From the NCBI GenBank assembly GCA_032718475.1, contig JAUCBJ010008002.1:1-45054 (forward strand): a stretch of 45,054 nucleotides of DNA, read 5' to 3'. Below the pieces are notes generated by a model that was not told where the DNA came from, made no database searches, and worked only from the letters and a program-made list of their open reading frames with translations. This document shows positions 12,990-24,300 of the stretch, piece after piece. The first letter of the stretch is position 1. Each line of letters starts with the position of its first letter. The stretch comes from Nemertoderma westbladi. Lineage: Eukaryota > Animalia > Xenacoelomorpha. Position numbers and translations under genes: made by a program.

Positions 12990-14130
12990 ACAATAATATA
13001 ACACGACAATATAAATCCCTACAGTACATTATTTAATTACCCACTGTTCGCTCAGATTTTAGCCTAACTAATGTTCCCCAATTTTCCCCCAGTCCTAGTC
13101 TCGGTACCGTAGTGTCGGTGTTGGTCGACCCTGTTGCGTGTCCGTCCCACCCTTCCCGAACCCCGAAGGGATCGGTCATCAGGAACCAGTACGGCTTGGC
13201 TAGGGGTCTGTCATGTCGGTGGACCCGTTTGCGTGTCCGTCCCACCCTTCCCGAACCCTGAAGGGATCGGTCATCAGGAACCAGTACGGCTTGGCTAGGG
13301 GTCCGTCGGTTCATCGCAGGGACCCAACCACCTAGGCTTTCCGAGTCCTTATTCAGGCTCGTAGTCGCTTCGGCAGCCAAGAAGCTGCTCCGAACAGTCG
13401 GTAGGCCAGTAGAGTCCAGTCCTTTGTCTTTCGACCCCGTTGTGTGTCCGTCCCACCCTTCCCGAACCCCGAAGGGATCGGTCAGGAACCAGTACGGCTT
13501 GGCAAGGGGTCTGTCAGCCCGTCGTGAGCCCCAACGGTTGGTGGTTTTCCGAGTCCTTATTCAGGCTCGTACTAACGCCGGTCGTGGAACCCACTTCAGG
13601 AAGGCAGTCCTCGTCGAACCCTTCCTCCGTTAGTCGGTCGACCCATTCGCGTTTCCATCCCACCCTTCCCGAACCCCGAAGGGATCAGTCAGGAACCAGT
13701 ACGGCTTGGCTAGGGGTCTGTCGTCGGTTCCTGTCGCAAATCCCTGACACAAGCAGCAGACTTTCCGATGTCCTTTTCAGGCTCGTAATAACTGCTGTTG
13801 GCCAGGGACCGCTAAGGGCAGTCCTTGTCCTTTAGACCTAGCGAGTTACCAAATCCACCTCTACATGCAGCAGGAAGTTGGCTAGGCCTAATAGTAGTCA
13901 GGTAAACCTGAATACTGCTTAACTTTGCCTCCCACCCCTGGCCCTTATATACATGAAATGAGTCCCGTACCCCGTAAGTCGCCCCAATATTCGCCCATAA
14001 ATCGCCCCCAGTCTATTGAATGTGCCCAAATCCCATGTTCCCGCACCCAGTAGTGATATCGGAATATTCATTTAAAATAAATCCAAAAAATATTCAACTC
14101 GCATTAGGAAAAGTTGAAATACCGCGAACA
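12990..14130 (-). repeat. 3' LTR of element 2
   Basis: Aligns by eye with 26823-27893, with scattered substitutions and a few indels. Starts at 14130 immediately after the PPT. Confidence 0.92.
13123..13722 (-). repeat. Four ~85-95-bp internal LTR repeats with a cUUCGg-capped stem-loop (also four copies at ~26955-27530)
   Basis: The unit CCGTCCCACCCTTCCCGAACCCCGAAGGGATCGGTCA(TCA)GGAACCAGTACGGCTTGGCTAGGGGTC occurs near 13142, 13237, 13447 and 13657. Confidence 0.9.
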
Positions 14131-14140
14131 GTCCCCCCCA
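14131..14140 (-). other. Polypurine tract of element 2
   Basis: GTCCCCCCCA on + (TGGGGGGGAC on -) abuts the LTR start. It is absent next to the 5' LTR copy. Confidence 0.85.
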
Positions 14141-14309
14141 ATGACCTTCGTGAGGTCTATCGGTAGATCGAGTTTGCGTAGGTCATTTCCCATATAAAAA
14201 ACCCAAAATTTTAATATTGCATAGTCTTGATTAATTTGGCCTAGAGTTAGTTTATGTAAATATATAAAAATAAATGTTCGATATAAATGTCCTGGAATAT
14301 CCTGGTCCT

Positions 14310-16909
14310 CTATTTCTTATTCTGATACGCCTTTCTCCTCTTCGCCCGTCGACTCTCGTCGATCGCCAGTGCTGGTAGGGGAGCATCAACATCCATCGTG
14401 AGCAACGTTTCAGCTTGTCTCCTGGCGGCTCTTCCTTTCGATGGTAGCGGGATCATATCCGTCCGTCGTTCCAACTCGGTGGTGCGTGCCTCTAGGAACC
14501 ACTTTCCGTCACCGAACTCTTCTTTATATGAATATAAACGCCTAAGGATCTCGAATGGGCCGAATAATCCAGCGCTTAGTAACAGATCCACGTAATGGAA
14601 TGGTAGCGTCGCTGTCATATGGAGGCGTTCCGGGAACGAAAAATACCTGCACGCCATCTCCTGTGCGATATTTCGAGCATTTCTCAGCACTTTAGTCTTT
14701 ACGTGGTTGTTTGCGTAGGTTTCGAACATAACCATATTTCCCATAGCGGTAACATCTTTCGTAGGACATTTTATATTACAGCGGGGGCTAGCGGAATGTC
14801 CCCGGAAACCGCATGTTGTGCAGAGGTTATAGAGGGTTGGACAAACTGAAACATCATGTCCCGATGTCGCGCAGTAGGGACAATTCAGTATCCCGAGGAG
14901 CTGGAGGCACTAATCGGTTACTCGATTTCTTCTACCGCGTGGGCACTGCTCCGAACCGCAGTCTCCGCATATCTCTAACTGCATTTCCGGCCGAAGAATA
15001 TCGGAATCAGGACGCCGACGTAATACTCGAGTCGTCGGTCGCTTTTTGGAATATTCGCTGTGGCCGGTAGCCCGCGAAAGGCTGTGCTTTGGTGTAGTAT
15101 GTTCTCGTTTCGATAACCTTCTTTATGTCCTGCCGGTCTCATCTCGGATGACCGTTTCTGGCAGTGGATCCATTCGGTCTGCTCGGCGTACCATCGGGTA
15201 AGTCGCATAGGATCCTGTGGAATGGAGGGGGTAGTTGCCACCGCTGGTCAGCGAAGAGGTGCCGGGGTTTTCGACGGAGGGATTCCGAGGAGATCTTCGG
15301 GGGTCGGCACAGCGCTGGGACCCTTTTCAACCAGTATCGCTGAGCGGGTCCGTTGGGTGCTGGTACTCGGAATCTCCGAAGACCAGTCTTCGCCACCCGG
15401 GAACGGATATGGGGATAACCTCTGACATATGTCGCCGAAGTCATTCAACGCGAAGGTAGTGACTAACTCCCTCGCGGGGCTACCGGAGCCAAGTGGGGTG
15501 GAAACGCCTGCTTCCGTCGTAGGTTCGGCCGAGGCGACCCGTTTGGCGGCCGGTTCGTACGCGATTTCCGGATCGAGCTGTCGCTTTGGGGTGGACAGTA
15601 GAACACCTTCATGTAGCCATAATTCTTCCCCATCCGAGGAAATCAGTGGTTCCTCCGCACCGAGGAGATCGGTAATCGTAGGGATGTCGAACGGCCCATT
15701 CTCGTCCCAGGAAGCGATGACGGTGAGCATTTTCGTCTCTCCCGGTGTAATATTCTCGACCGCTTTGAACGCGTGGTTGATAACCTCGTTCCACTCGTAG
15801 TCGATAAAGGAATTAGGAACCGCCGTAATGAGGCTATCGAGAGTTTTACATATGAACTTAGCGACTGTGTAGGATTCCATAACGACGTAGATGTAGTTCC
15901 GTCGCTCCGGATTCTCCCACTTGTGGTGGATCGTCCACTTTCTTTCAACATCCTTCCAGCGACTCTCTCACTCACTCTTTATTTCTAATCCCGGGTATCC
16001 ACCATATATCTTATTATAATCCTGGAATTTCTGGGGTTTAAAGTCTATGCCGCCGTTTAGCACTGCGAGGTAGCCGATACCGGATTTCGTCCGTCTCACC
16101 TCTCAGAATCCTCGCATGAATTCGGCGGATCGTAACCAGGCTAATAGTGTCTGGGTGTCGACACAATGACTAATGGCGTTGAGATCTTCTCGACGGTCTC
16201 TTCCGAAAGGAGCATTCGCATAGTCGTTTCGGACGTCCGCCTTTATATCCGACCCGATTTTAATGATGTCGAAGTCGAATAGGATCTTTTGGATCTCGGG
16301 TGGTAGTAGCCAGATCGCTCCGGCTGTCCGCACCTCCTGTCTGGATGTCGGAAATATTCGACATACCAACACCAAACTGTCCAGGGTTCCGAGGACGACG
16401 ACCAAGGATCGACCGTATTCTTTCGTCCCGTACTTCTCCTGGTAGTCGTCACGTTTCTGGATAACTGATATACGTTCCTCTCGCAGCGTTGCCGTACACT
16501 CCGCTAGGTTTCCCCAGTGGGCGAGGTACGTACTCTTGTCGTCGACGAAACTTTGATATCGCACCAACGTAATCGCTTTCGAGGTGGGCGTCGTGTTTCC
16601 CTCGTTGTCGTATATCAAACATCGGGATTTGTAGATGCTTTGCCAGAACGTTTCCCAGTACGACAACTCATCCCCTCCGGTTGCCTTTGCGTTCCGAGTT
16701 CTTTTCAGTCTCGTACTAGCATCGGACAACCGGAGGTCTCGTAGATTCCGGGAATCCGGTCCCTCTCGCCTGGAGAATTTGACGACTCGCACATTCTCAT
16801 TTATCAGGGCGTTCCATTTTGTATCAAAGTTAGGGGATCCAGGTTGTGGATATTCCAGTAAATCTATCGTATTACGTAGTTCGCCGATAATTTGGCGATT
16901 TGGGTCCAT
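14310..16909 (-). pseudogene. ORF3 of element 2: DEDDy (WRN/EXD2/RNase D-like) 3'-5' exonuclease + linker + Cys/His zinc-finger region, disrupted
   Basis: ORFs 16103-16909, 15248-15880 and 14975-15241 share one frame, separated by TGA codons (16103, 15968, 15248). After one frameshift (~15000-15125) the frame reads ICGDCGSEQC..*..CPYCATSGHDVSVCPTLYNLCTTCGFRGHSASPRC and runs into ORF 14310-14744. Exonuclease motifs: LIYDNEG; LPPEIQKILFDFDIIKIGSDIKAD; CVDTQ; KSGIGYLA; W..YIYVVME. Confidence 0.75.
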
Positions 16910-17462
16910 ATTTTCGATTATGTCCGTTGCAAATTTACATCAGTTAATTATAAATCCAGAAAGTCTGATACTATAGTGACTGCAGAATAATTCAGTTTAT
17001 TTGTAATTCAGTTTATTAAATAACATTGCTATATAGGCATCTACCATCTTATTGCTAATACATTCAGCATTTACAGTTACTATAGCTATACATTAATATC
17101 CAACCAGTTTTGACTTTTTATGTCCTCTTCTTTTTCCAATTCTTTTCTTTCTACATTTTATACATTTTTTTGTCTTTTTTCATTTCTCATTATTATTTCA
17201 TTTCACATTTCATTTATTTCATCACATATTTCTTCATTTATTTCCACCATTTCATCATTTATTACACCATTTCATTTATTTCCATTTCATCATTGGGGTT
17301 ATAGCACCCCGGCTATCATCATTTGTTATAAGCGCAGCACCAGGGTGCGCATCATTACATTTTCATCATCATACGAGTCATCATTCAGTTTATAGTAGGG
17401 TTGTCTGTTTCTTTTCATCATTTCCAACTACATTCAATCATCTTCTTTGGGAAATTTTCGTT

Positions 17463-20400
17463 GTGGAAGGGGTGTTACGCGACAATCTAGGATCTACAAA
17501 GGCACTCGGCAAAAAAGCACCCCCAACCCCCACTATGGATTACATTAGCAATGCGGAGGTCTGGCCACTAGAGGCCAGTGGAATTACCGGATACAATCGG
17601 CCTCACAGGCATCAGTTAACTCCTGACCGGCTGCCTGTTTCACCCCCTACTGGAGAGAGAGCAGCCAACAATTATTTGAGTCCATTTCCTGATGACCTTT
17701 CTGGCCCAAACCCTGGGTCACCAGGGAGGCCAGATTGTGATGGGGAGAGGGATTCTGAAGTTGGAGGCTACTCTCATGTTCCACCCCGACCAACAAAGCC
17801 ATTGGTGAATCTGAGGCAAGTCACTAGACTAGCCTCAGTAAATACCCTAACACTCGGGTCCCCAATGCGACAAGGTGAGCTGACTGCCTTGGCAGATAAG
17901 CTTTATCTTAGCGCAGTGGGTGTTCAAGAGCACCGAATGCAGACTGGACAGACTGATGAGGTTGTGCTTAAGGACATGGGGGGTGGTTGGCGATTCGCCC
18001 TCGCGTCAGCAGATGATAGTGGCAATGGTGGAATTGGTCTACTGATGAATCCAACTGCACATGCAGCATTGGACAAAATAGACCAAATCTCTAACCGCAT
18101 CATCCGTTGCCACTTCTCATGTTCTGGAAGACTGGCTAAGAAGTTTCCTAAGGTGGTTCTGATTGTGTGCTACTCTCCAACTAGTGTTGCCCCTGTAGAG
18201 GAGGTGGAAAATTTCTACCACAATCTACAAGCAGCTACTGATGGAGTGGATCAGCATGCATTCTTAACATTCCTGGGGGACTTTAATGCAAGTCTGCATC
18301 AATCACCTACATCGCCCTGGGTCTATAGCAATAGTGTTAACCGAAATTCTGTCCATCTTCAGGATTTTATCTCTGGAAATGGATTGTTTTCGGCTGGAAC
18401 CGAGTTCAAGAAGCGAACTGGAAAGCTATGGACTCATAGTGGACCCAGTGGTCACAAGTCCCAGATAGACCATATTCTGTTTCGTAGGAAATAAAGGAGC
18501 TCTATACAAGACTGTAATGCATTTACACTTCGACCCTTCTCCAGTGACCACCGCCTTATTGTGGCCAAGGTAAGACTCAGTCTGCGTGCTAGCAGAACAA
18601 CGAAATCTGCCTTGCCGCGGCATGACTGGTCTTCTCTGTTGCAACGGCCAAGTGTGAGATCCAGCTTCACACTACAGCTGAGTAACAGGTATGAGGCTCT
18701 TGCCTCTGAGGCGGCAGATCACTGTGAGGGCTATACTGCCTTTACAGAAGCAGTTAAGTTAGCAGCTGCAGAAACAGTTCCTGTATACCCTCGAAACAGG
18801 AAAAGGGCCCCCTGGACTGACAACAAAATTCAAAAGTGCCGAAACGACCTTCATAAGGCGCAGAAAGAGTCCCGACTCAAACAGACTTTAGCGGCCAAGA
18901 ATGCAGTTAAGGCTGCATCTAGGTCCCTGAACAGGCAGTACTCTGTTAATCTACAGGAGCTAATAAACCAACAGGTTGATGCCATCAATGATGCTGACGA
19001 CAGCAGGCAATCATCCCAGGCATGGAAATCGATCAATCTGCTTACTGGGCGGAAAAGCCAACCAACCACCAAGGTTAAGGCTGAATCACCAGCCGATCAC
19101 CTCAATGGTTGGAAAGCCCATTTTGAAAAGCTCCTCAATAATGACAGGGTATTGCCAGATAACTTTATAGAAGTAAAAGTGTCTGAGTCTGTACTCCCAG
19201 ATATTCCCATTGGCGATATCTCCTTTGCAGAAGTGAAGGCTGCTGCAAAGAGCATTAAGACCAATCGTGCCAGTGGAGTAGATGGTGTTCCCCCTGAGGT
19301 CTTTAAAATACCTGAGTGTTTAAAGCTCATCTATCCCATCATAGTAGACATAGTAGACAAGAGTCCCACAAGAAATGAAAACAAATAAGTTGGTGCCAGT
19401 TCCCAAGAAGGGCAACCTAACACTCTATGGTTCTTTTCGGGGAATCTCATTGATCTCGATTGCTGCAAAGCTATACAATAGGATTCTATTAAATCGCATC
19501 AGGGATCCCATTGAGAGACTGCTCCGTGGAAATCAGAATGGGTTCCGTAAAGGTCGTGGGACCATGGAGCCCATTTTGGCACTTAGAAGGATAATTGAAG
19601 AATTATCAAAAAAGAAAGACAGGCATCTGGCTGTTATCTTTGTTGACTTCTTCAAGGCCTTTGATTCAGTCTCTCGCTCACGTATGTTCAGCATACTTTC
19701 ATTATATGGGATTCCTGATGAAATTATTGCAGCAATCAGATCAGTATACGATGGTTCGACAACATTTGTGTCTACTGTTGACGGTGACACAGAACCATTT
19801 GAAGTGTTATGGGGCGTCCTCCAAGGAGACACACTTGCACCATTCTTGTTCATTATTGTGGTTGACTATGTTCTACGCATGTCCTTAGATCATCATAATG
19901 ATGATGGGGTGATGATAACTCCACCTACTGGCTCCAGAAGTCGAGGAAATCCTGCCAAGTACCTAACTGATCTAGACTTTGCTGATGACTTAGGAGTACT
20001 CTCAGAATCATTAGAGGGAGCCCAACGGCTCCTCAGCTCATTAGAACATGCTGCTTCTAGTGTTGGTCTTTTTATTAACTCCAGAAAGACCAAAATTCTG
20101 ACAGTTAACTTTGAAAGTCCTCAGCAAGTCTCTGATCGGATGAGCATAAGCTCAAAGGATGGTATGCTTGAGCATGTGGACGACTTCTGTTACCTGGGAT
20201 CATGGATCCGGAAGTCAGGTGAGGACCTTCGAATACGTAAGGGAAAGGCATGGGCAGCCTTGAATAGGCTTTCCAGGATTTGGAAGTCACCGAGAATTAA
20301 TCGGAAACTTAAGGTCCGATTATTTAGAGCAGCAGTAGTTCCAGTACTCCTCTATGGGAGTCCATGCTGGGCTCTAACTGCTGAGGACACCAAATCTCTG

Positions 20401-20757
20401 GATGGCACATTCACAAGAATGCTACGCCGGGTTCATTGTGTCAAGTACAATGCACAGATCTCCAACCAGACACTATATAACATTGGAGGTGTCTCATTGG
20501 TTCCCCCAAGCTTGACACTAGAACAAAATCGCCTCCGCTTTGCAGGACATTGCTTTCGCCGTGAGGACCGGCCAGTGCATAATCTTGTACTTTGGCGGCC
20601 TCATGGAGTGAATAAGCATGGTGGACAGCCCATGACTTTCTTGAGACGCATCTTAAAGGACACTGGCCTTAAAGATGCGGATGATCTAGCAAATGTCATG
20701 GGTGATAGGGAGTTGTGGCGGTGCAATTTTGTTGACAAGCTGGCACAGCATTCCTAA
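17463..20757 (+). pseudogene. APE endonuclease-reverse transcriptase ORF (one in-frame stop at 18492, one frameshift near 19350)
   Basis: APE motifs: GVQEHR, CYSPT, LGDFNA, QIDHIL, SDH. RT motifs: PKKG, FRGISL, QNGFR, DFFKAFDS, GVLQGDTLAP, DFADD, FCYLGS, LLYG. Confidence 0.92.
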
Positions 20758-20798
20758 AAATGCAGCTGCAATGCAGCATGCCGATCCTAGTAGTAGTA
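17463..20798 (+). mobile_element. RTE-clade LINE (family A), near full length, nested in element 2
   Basis: One APE+RT reading frame, very short 3' UTR and a (TAG)n tail at 20788-20798. The 5' UTR probably extends into the T/CAT-rich region 17110-17460; the boundary is unresolved. Confidence 0.9.
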
Positions 20799-21035
20799 CA
20801 GCTGGGCTAGTTACACCGCCTACGCCCCAAACTGCACACGTAACGGACAATGAAGACGCTGGAAGTGAAGTCACGTGGAATGCACCAGGGACCCACCAGA
20901 ATAACACTCCCAACAACATAAAGCTCAGCCGACGAAGTCATGTGGGATGGGGTTACGCAACATTCCGGGATCTACAGCTGGACTAGTTACACCGCCTACG
21001 CCCCAAAATCCACGCAACGGTCCCACCAGAATAAC
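20797..21035. repeat. Imperfect local duplication in the non-coding region between integrase and ORF3
   Basis: TACAGCTGG(G/A)CTAGTTACACCGCCTACGCCCCAAA at 20797 and 20972. CCCACCAGAATAAC at 20892 and 21022. Confidence 0.8.
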
Positions 21036-21361
21036 GCGACTGAGAAACATAAAACCCTCTATACACATACACAACACACATACATAACAACACAACATAA
21101 TACAATGGATACAATGAATTCCACTTCAAATCTTTACCATTTCCAATAATCCAATATAGTTGGTCCCGATGACCAAAATCAGGGTGAACAATACATAAAC
21201 TACCCTGCATCAGTCGAAACATCTGTAGGGTGACGCTGGACTCCACATAACACACGAGGAAACACAAATACCATTGCGTGGTTACAGTTGTTTTAAGGGG
21301 GTCCATAATTCATTGTCGATAAATCACAGTTTAAAGAGTTTGTCAATAGGATGAGAAGGGT

Positions 21362-24300
21362 TTAAACGGGTTTAGCATTGTCACCAATGTCTGCAGCAGG
21401 ATCCTGAGTAGGGAACTTATCACCTCTCGTAGAGTCACCGCTGTCATTGCCTTCAAGAAGGCACAGCCTCTGGATAGGGCGTTGGTAGTGGCCCTTTGCC
21501 GTTCGTATCGTCACAGTCCTCGCAAGTCCGTCTTTACTTGGAGTTATTGCCACGACTCGCGCCACAGGCCAGTGGACGCGGTCTTTGAGGTCTTCCTTCA
21601 CTAGCACCATGTCGCCAACTGTGACATTCCTATAGATGTTGTTCCACTTCCTCCTGGTCCGGAGGGTTATGAGGTACTCTTGGGCCCAGATTCTCCACCA
21701 ATGCGCTGCCAACGCTTGGGCCTTCTTCCAATTGGTATGTCTCATGATATCATTGTGATCCGGAAACATCGTCTCTGGAAGAATGTGGGTTTTGGGTCTT
21801 CCGAGTAGGTGGTTAGGATCCAGATCTGTGGGGTCATCGTGGATAGGTACGATGGGCCGGTTGTTTAGGGTAGCCGTGATCTCGCAGAATGTTGTGCAGA
21901 GGGTGTCGTGGGTTACCCGGGTATCTCCTAATGCGACGCGCATGGATAGTTTTACCAAGTCGATGAGCTTCTCCCATACCCCGCTCATATGGGGTGCTAA
22001 GGGTGTTTGGAAGTGCCACTGTATATGGTGTTCCTTCCAGACTTGGGATGCGGTGTCCTCGGTGAACCATCCCTCGATTGCCTCTCTAAGTTCTCTTTCT
22101 CCTCCCACAAAGTTTGTACCATTATCGGAGTACATATGACGACATGTTCCATTGTTCACCATGAACCGACGCAGGGCGTTGATAAATGCGTGTTGCGTAA
22201 GGTTCACCACGATGTCTAGGTAGATTGCCCTAGACCTAAGGCATGTAAAGATGGCTCCCCAGCATTTGATGTTGGATCATCGCTCGATGACCGTGAATGG
22301 TCCGAAACAGTCTACTCCGGTTACATAGAACGGTGGGGAATCGGACTGTAGACGTGTGGCTGGTAAGTCGGCCATCCTTTGTGTGAGTGGTGGCGCTAGA
22401 TATCTTCTGCAGGGAAAACAACGTTTTAACACTTTCCGGATCAGTGGCTGGATGTGGGTGATCAAATATCTTTGCCGTATATTAGCCATAATCCAGTTCT
22501 GTCCCACGTGATGGTTTTCCGCGTGACACTGTTGGATTAATAGCTTGGCTAGTGTTGACATTCCGGGCAGAAGCGCTGGTTATTTGACTTTGTATTCAAC
22601 CGGGGCGTTTGCCATCCGGGTATTCAGTCGAATCAGTCCGTCCTCTCCCATCATTGGTCTCAATTAGTAGACTGGACTGTCCGGTTTCAAGGTCTTGCCC
22701 GCACTGAGTTGTTCCCACTCGTTGTGGGAAACTTACTTTCTGGACATATCTAACAATACATTTCCCTGCGATGATGAGTTCTTGTACACTTCGTTGAACT
22801 ATCGGTTGGTTGTCTTTCCACCGCAGGAAGTTGCGAAGGGTTATGACGTGGTGGATGAGACGTCTCATTGATGAAGTTCGCTCGATCAATAGTTGTAAAG
22901 ACGCCGCTGGTTGCGTGATCGTCGCGATGTTAGAGTGCCTGCCTGAGTCCTTTGCAGGCTCGGTCAGACAACTATAGATCTCCACTGTGGTGCTTCTATG
23001 GACTTTACGGATCTCCTTGTCGTCTTCGGAGTATTTCCGCTATAGAGTTCGGGATCGAATCGGGTACTCCAGGTTAATTGTAGTTGCTGTAGGAATTCCG
23101 GGCCGGTGAGCCAGAGTTTACTTTTGCCGAGTTGTCGTGGGGTGGCGCCTCTGCTCAATAAGTCCGCTGGATTTTCTTTCCCGTTTACATGGTGCCACTG
23201 TTCTCGGCCGGTGCACTGTTTTATCTCAGTGGCTCGGTTCGCTACAAACGTGGTGTGTCGCCGTGATGGTGAATGGAGGTCGGTCACCGAACAATAACCC
23301 ACGGATGTTGCATTCTCTTTAATCTGGCATTTAGGGAGATATGTATAGGTGTCAGTAGTCTCCTCTTTGATGCCGCAGAGTGTCCATCCCATGATCGTGC
23401 GTTCTGCATAAAAGCCGTCGTCCGGCTTTACAGATCTGGCGACGTCTCCAGTGGGTATGTGTAATTCCGGTGTGTCGAGTCCGATCAATAGGGTGATTCG
23501 GTTCACGTCCAATGGTGGACATCGTAGGTCTACATCTTCCCGGTCTAGCTGTATGAGGGGTGCGTATTCAGCTGATTGTTGGAACCGCACTCGGAGATCG
23601 GTGTGTACCAAGGCGTTCTTGATCGTCAGCTTGACCGTCTCGTAACCCTTCATAACTCCTTCCATCTTGAGTTGCACCTCCCCGGACTCTACTTCTCTAT
23701 GGTCGGTGATAGTTTGTATGGGCCGTTTGCAAGGTTCGTAGTCTAGGCCTAGTTGTTCGAGGAAATCCCGTTCGATGATGGTTCCGTCCGACCCGTTGTC
23801 AAGGAACGCGAGCGTTGTTAAAGATTTCCTGACCCCTTGAATTCTTACTGGGATCACTTTGGCGAAGACCATGTAATGGCGGTTTATAAGGTTGATCGTG
23901 GCCTCGAATCGTGGGACGAGTTCAGCAAACTGGAACTTCCTGCAGAATTCCACCTTATTTTTCTCTCCGCAGAAAAGACATAGAAGGGAGGTTGTAGTGC
24001 CTTCCCTTTCGGGTGCCCACTTCGCTAGATAACACGCCCATTCCTCGTCTGATGTCGGTTCCTCGTAGTCCTCGTCGTCGGAATCCTCGGCCATGGTGAT
24101 GGCCATCGTACTCACTGGAGGGGGACGGAATCTCGGTTTCGGAGTGGGTGTCCTGCTCCTGGAGTTGTTCTCTATTCCGTCTAACTTGGAGAGACTTTGT
24201 TTGGAGAACATCGAGTCATTCATGGCTTCGGAGATATCATCTAGGAATGCCGACATTTCGAGGAAACTGGGATCTCGATCTGGGTGTCTGCGTCGGAGAT

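Noticed and set aside
13033-13835. ORFs within the LTRs (also 26866-27834)
   Set aside because: They arise from GC-rich internal repeats, differ in frame and length between the two LTRs, and show no recognisable domain.
14310-16909. ORF3 as an env gene, or its TGA codons as recoded sense codons
   Set aside because: No signal peptide, transmembrane anchor or fusion-protein pattern is visible. A TAG and a frameshift also occur, and gag-pol is similarly decayed, so ordinary mutation (e.g. CGA/TGG to TGA) is sufficient.
17110-17800. Hydrophobic ORFs at 17110-17395 and an HDV-like ribozyme in the RTE 5' UTR
   Set aside because: The ORFs reflect T/CAT low complexity. I could not build the HDV nested double pseudoknot by eye, and no TSD fixes the 5' end.
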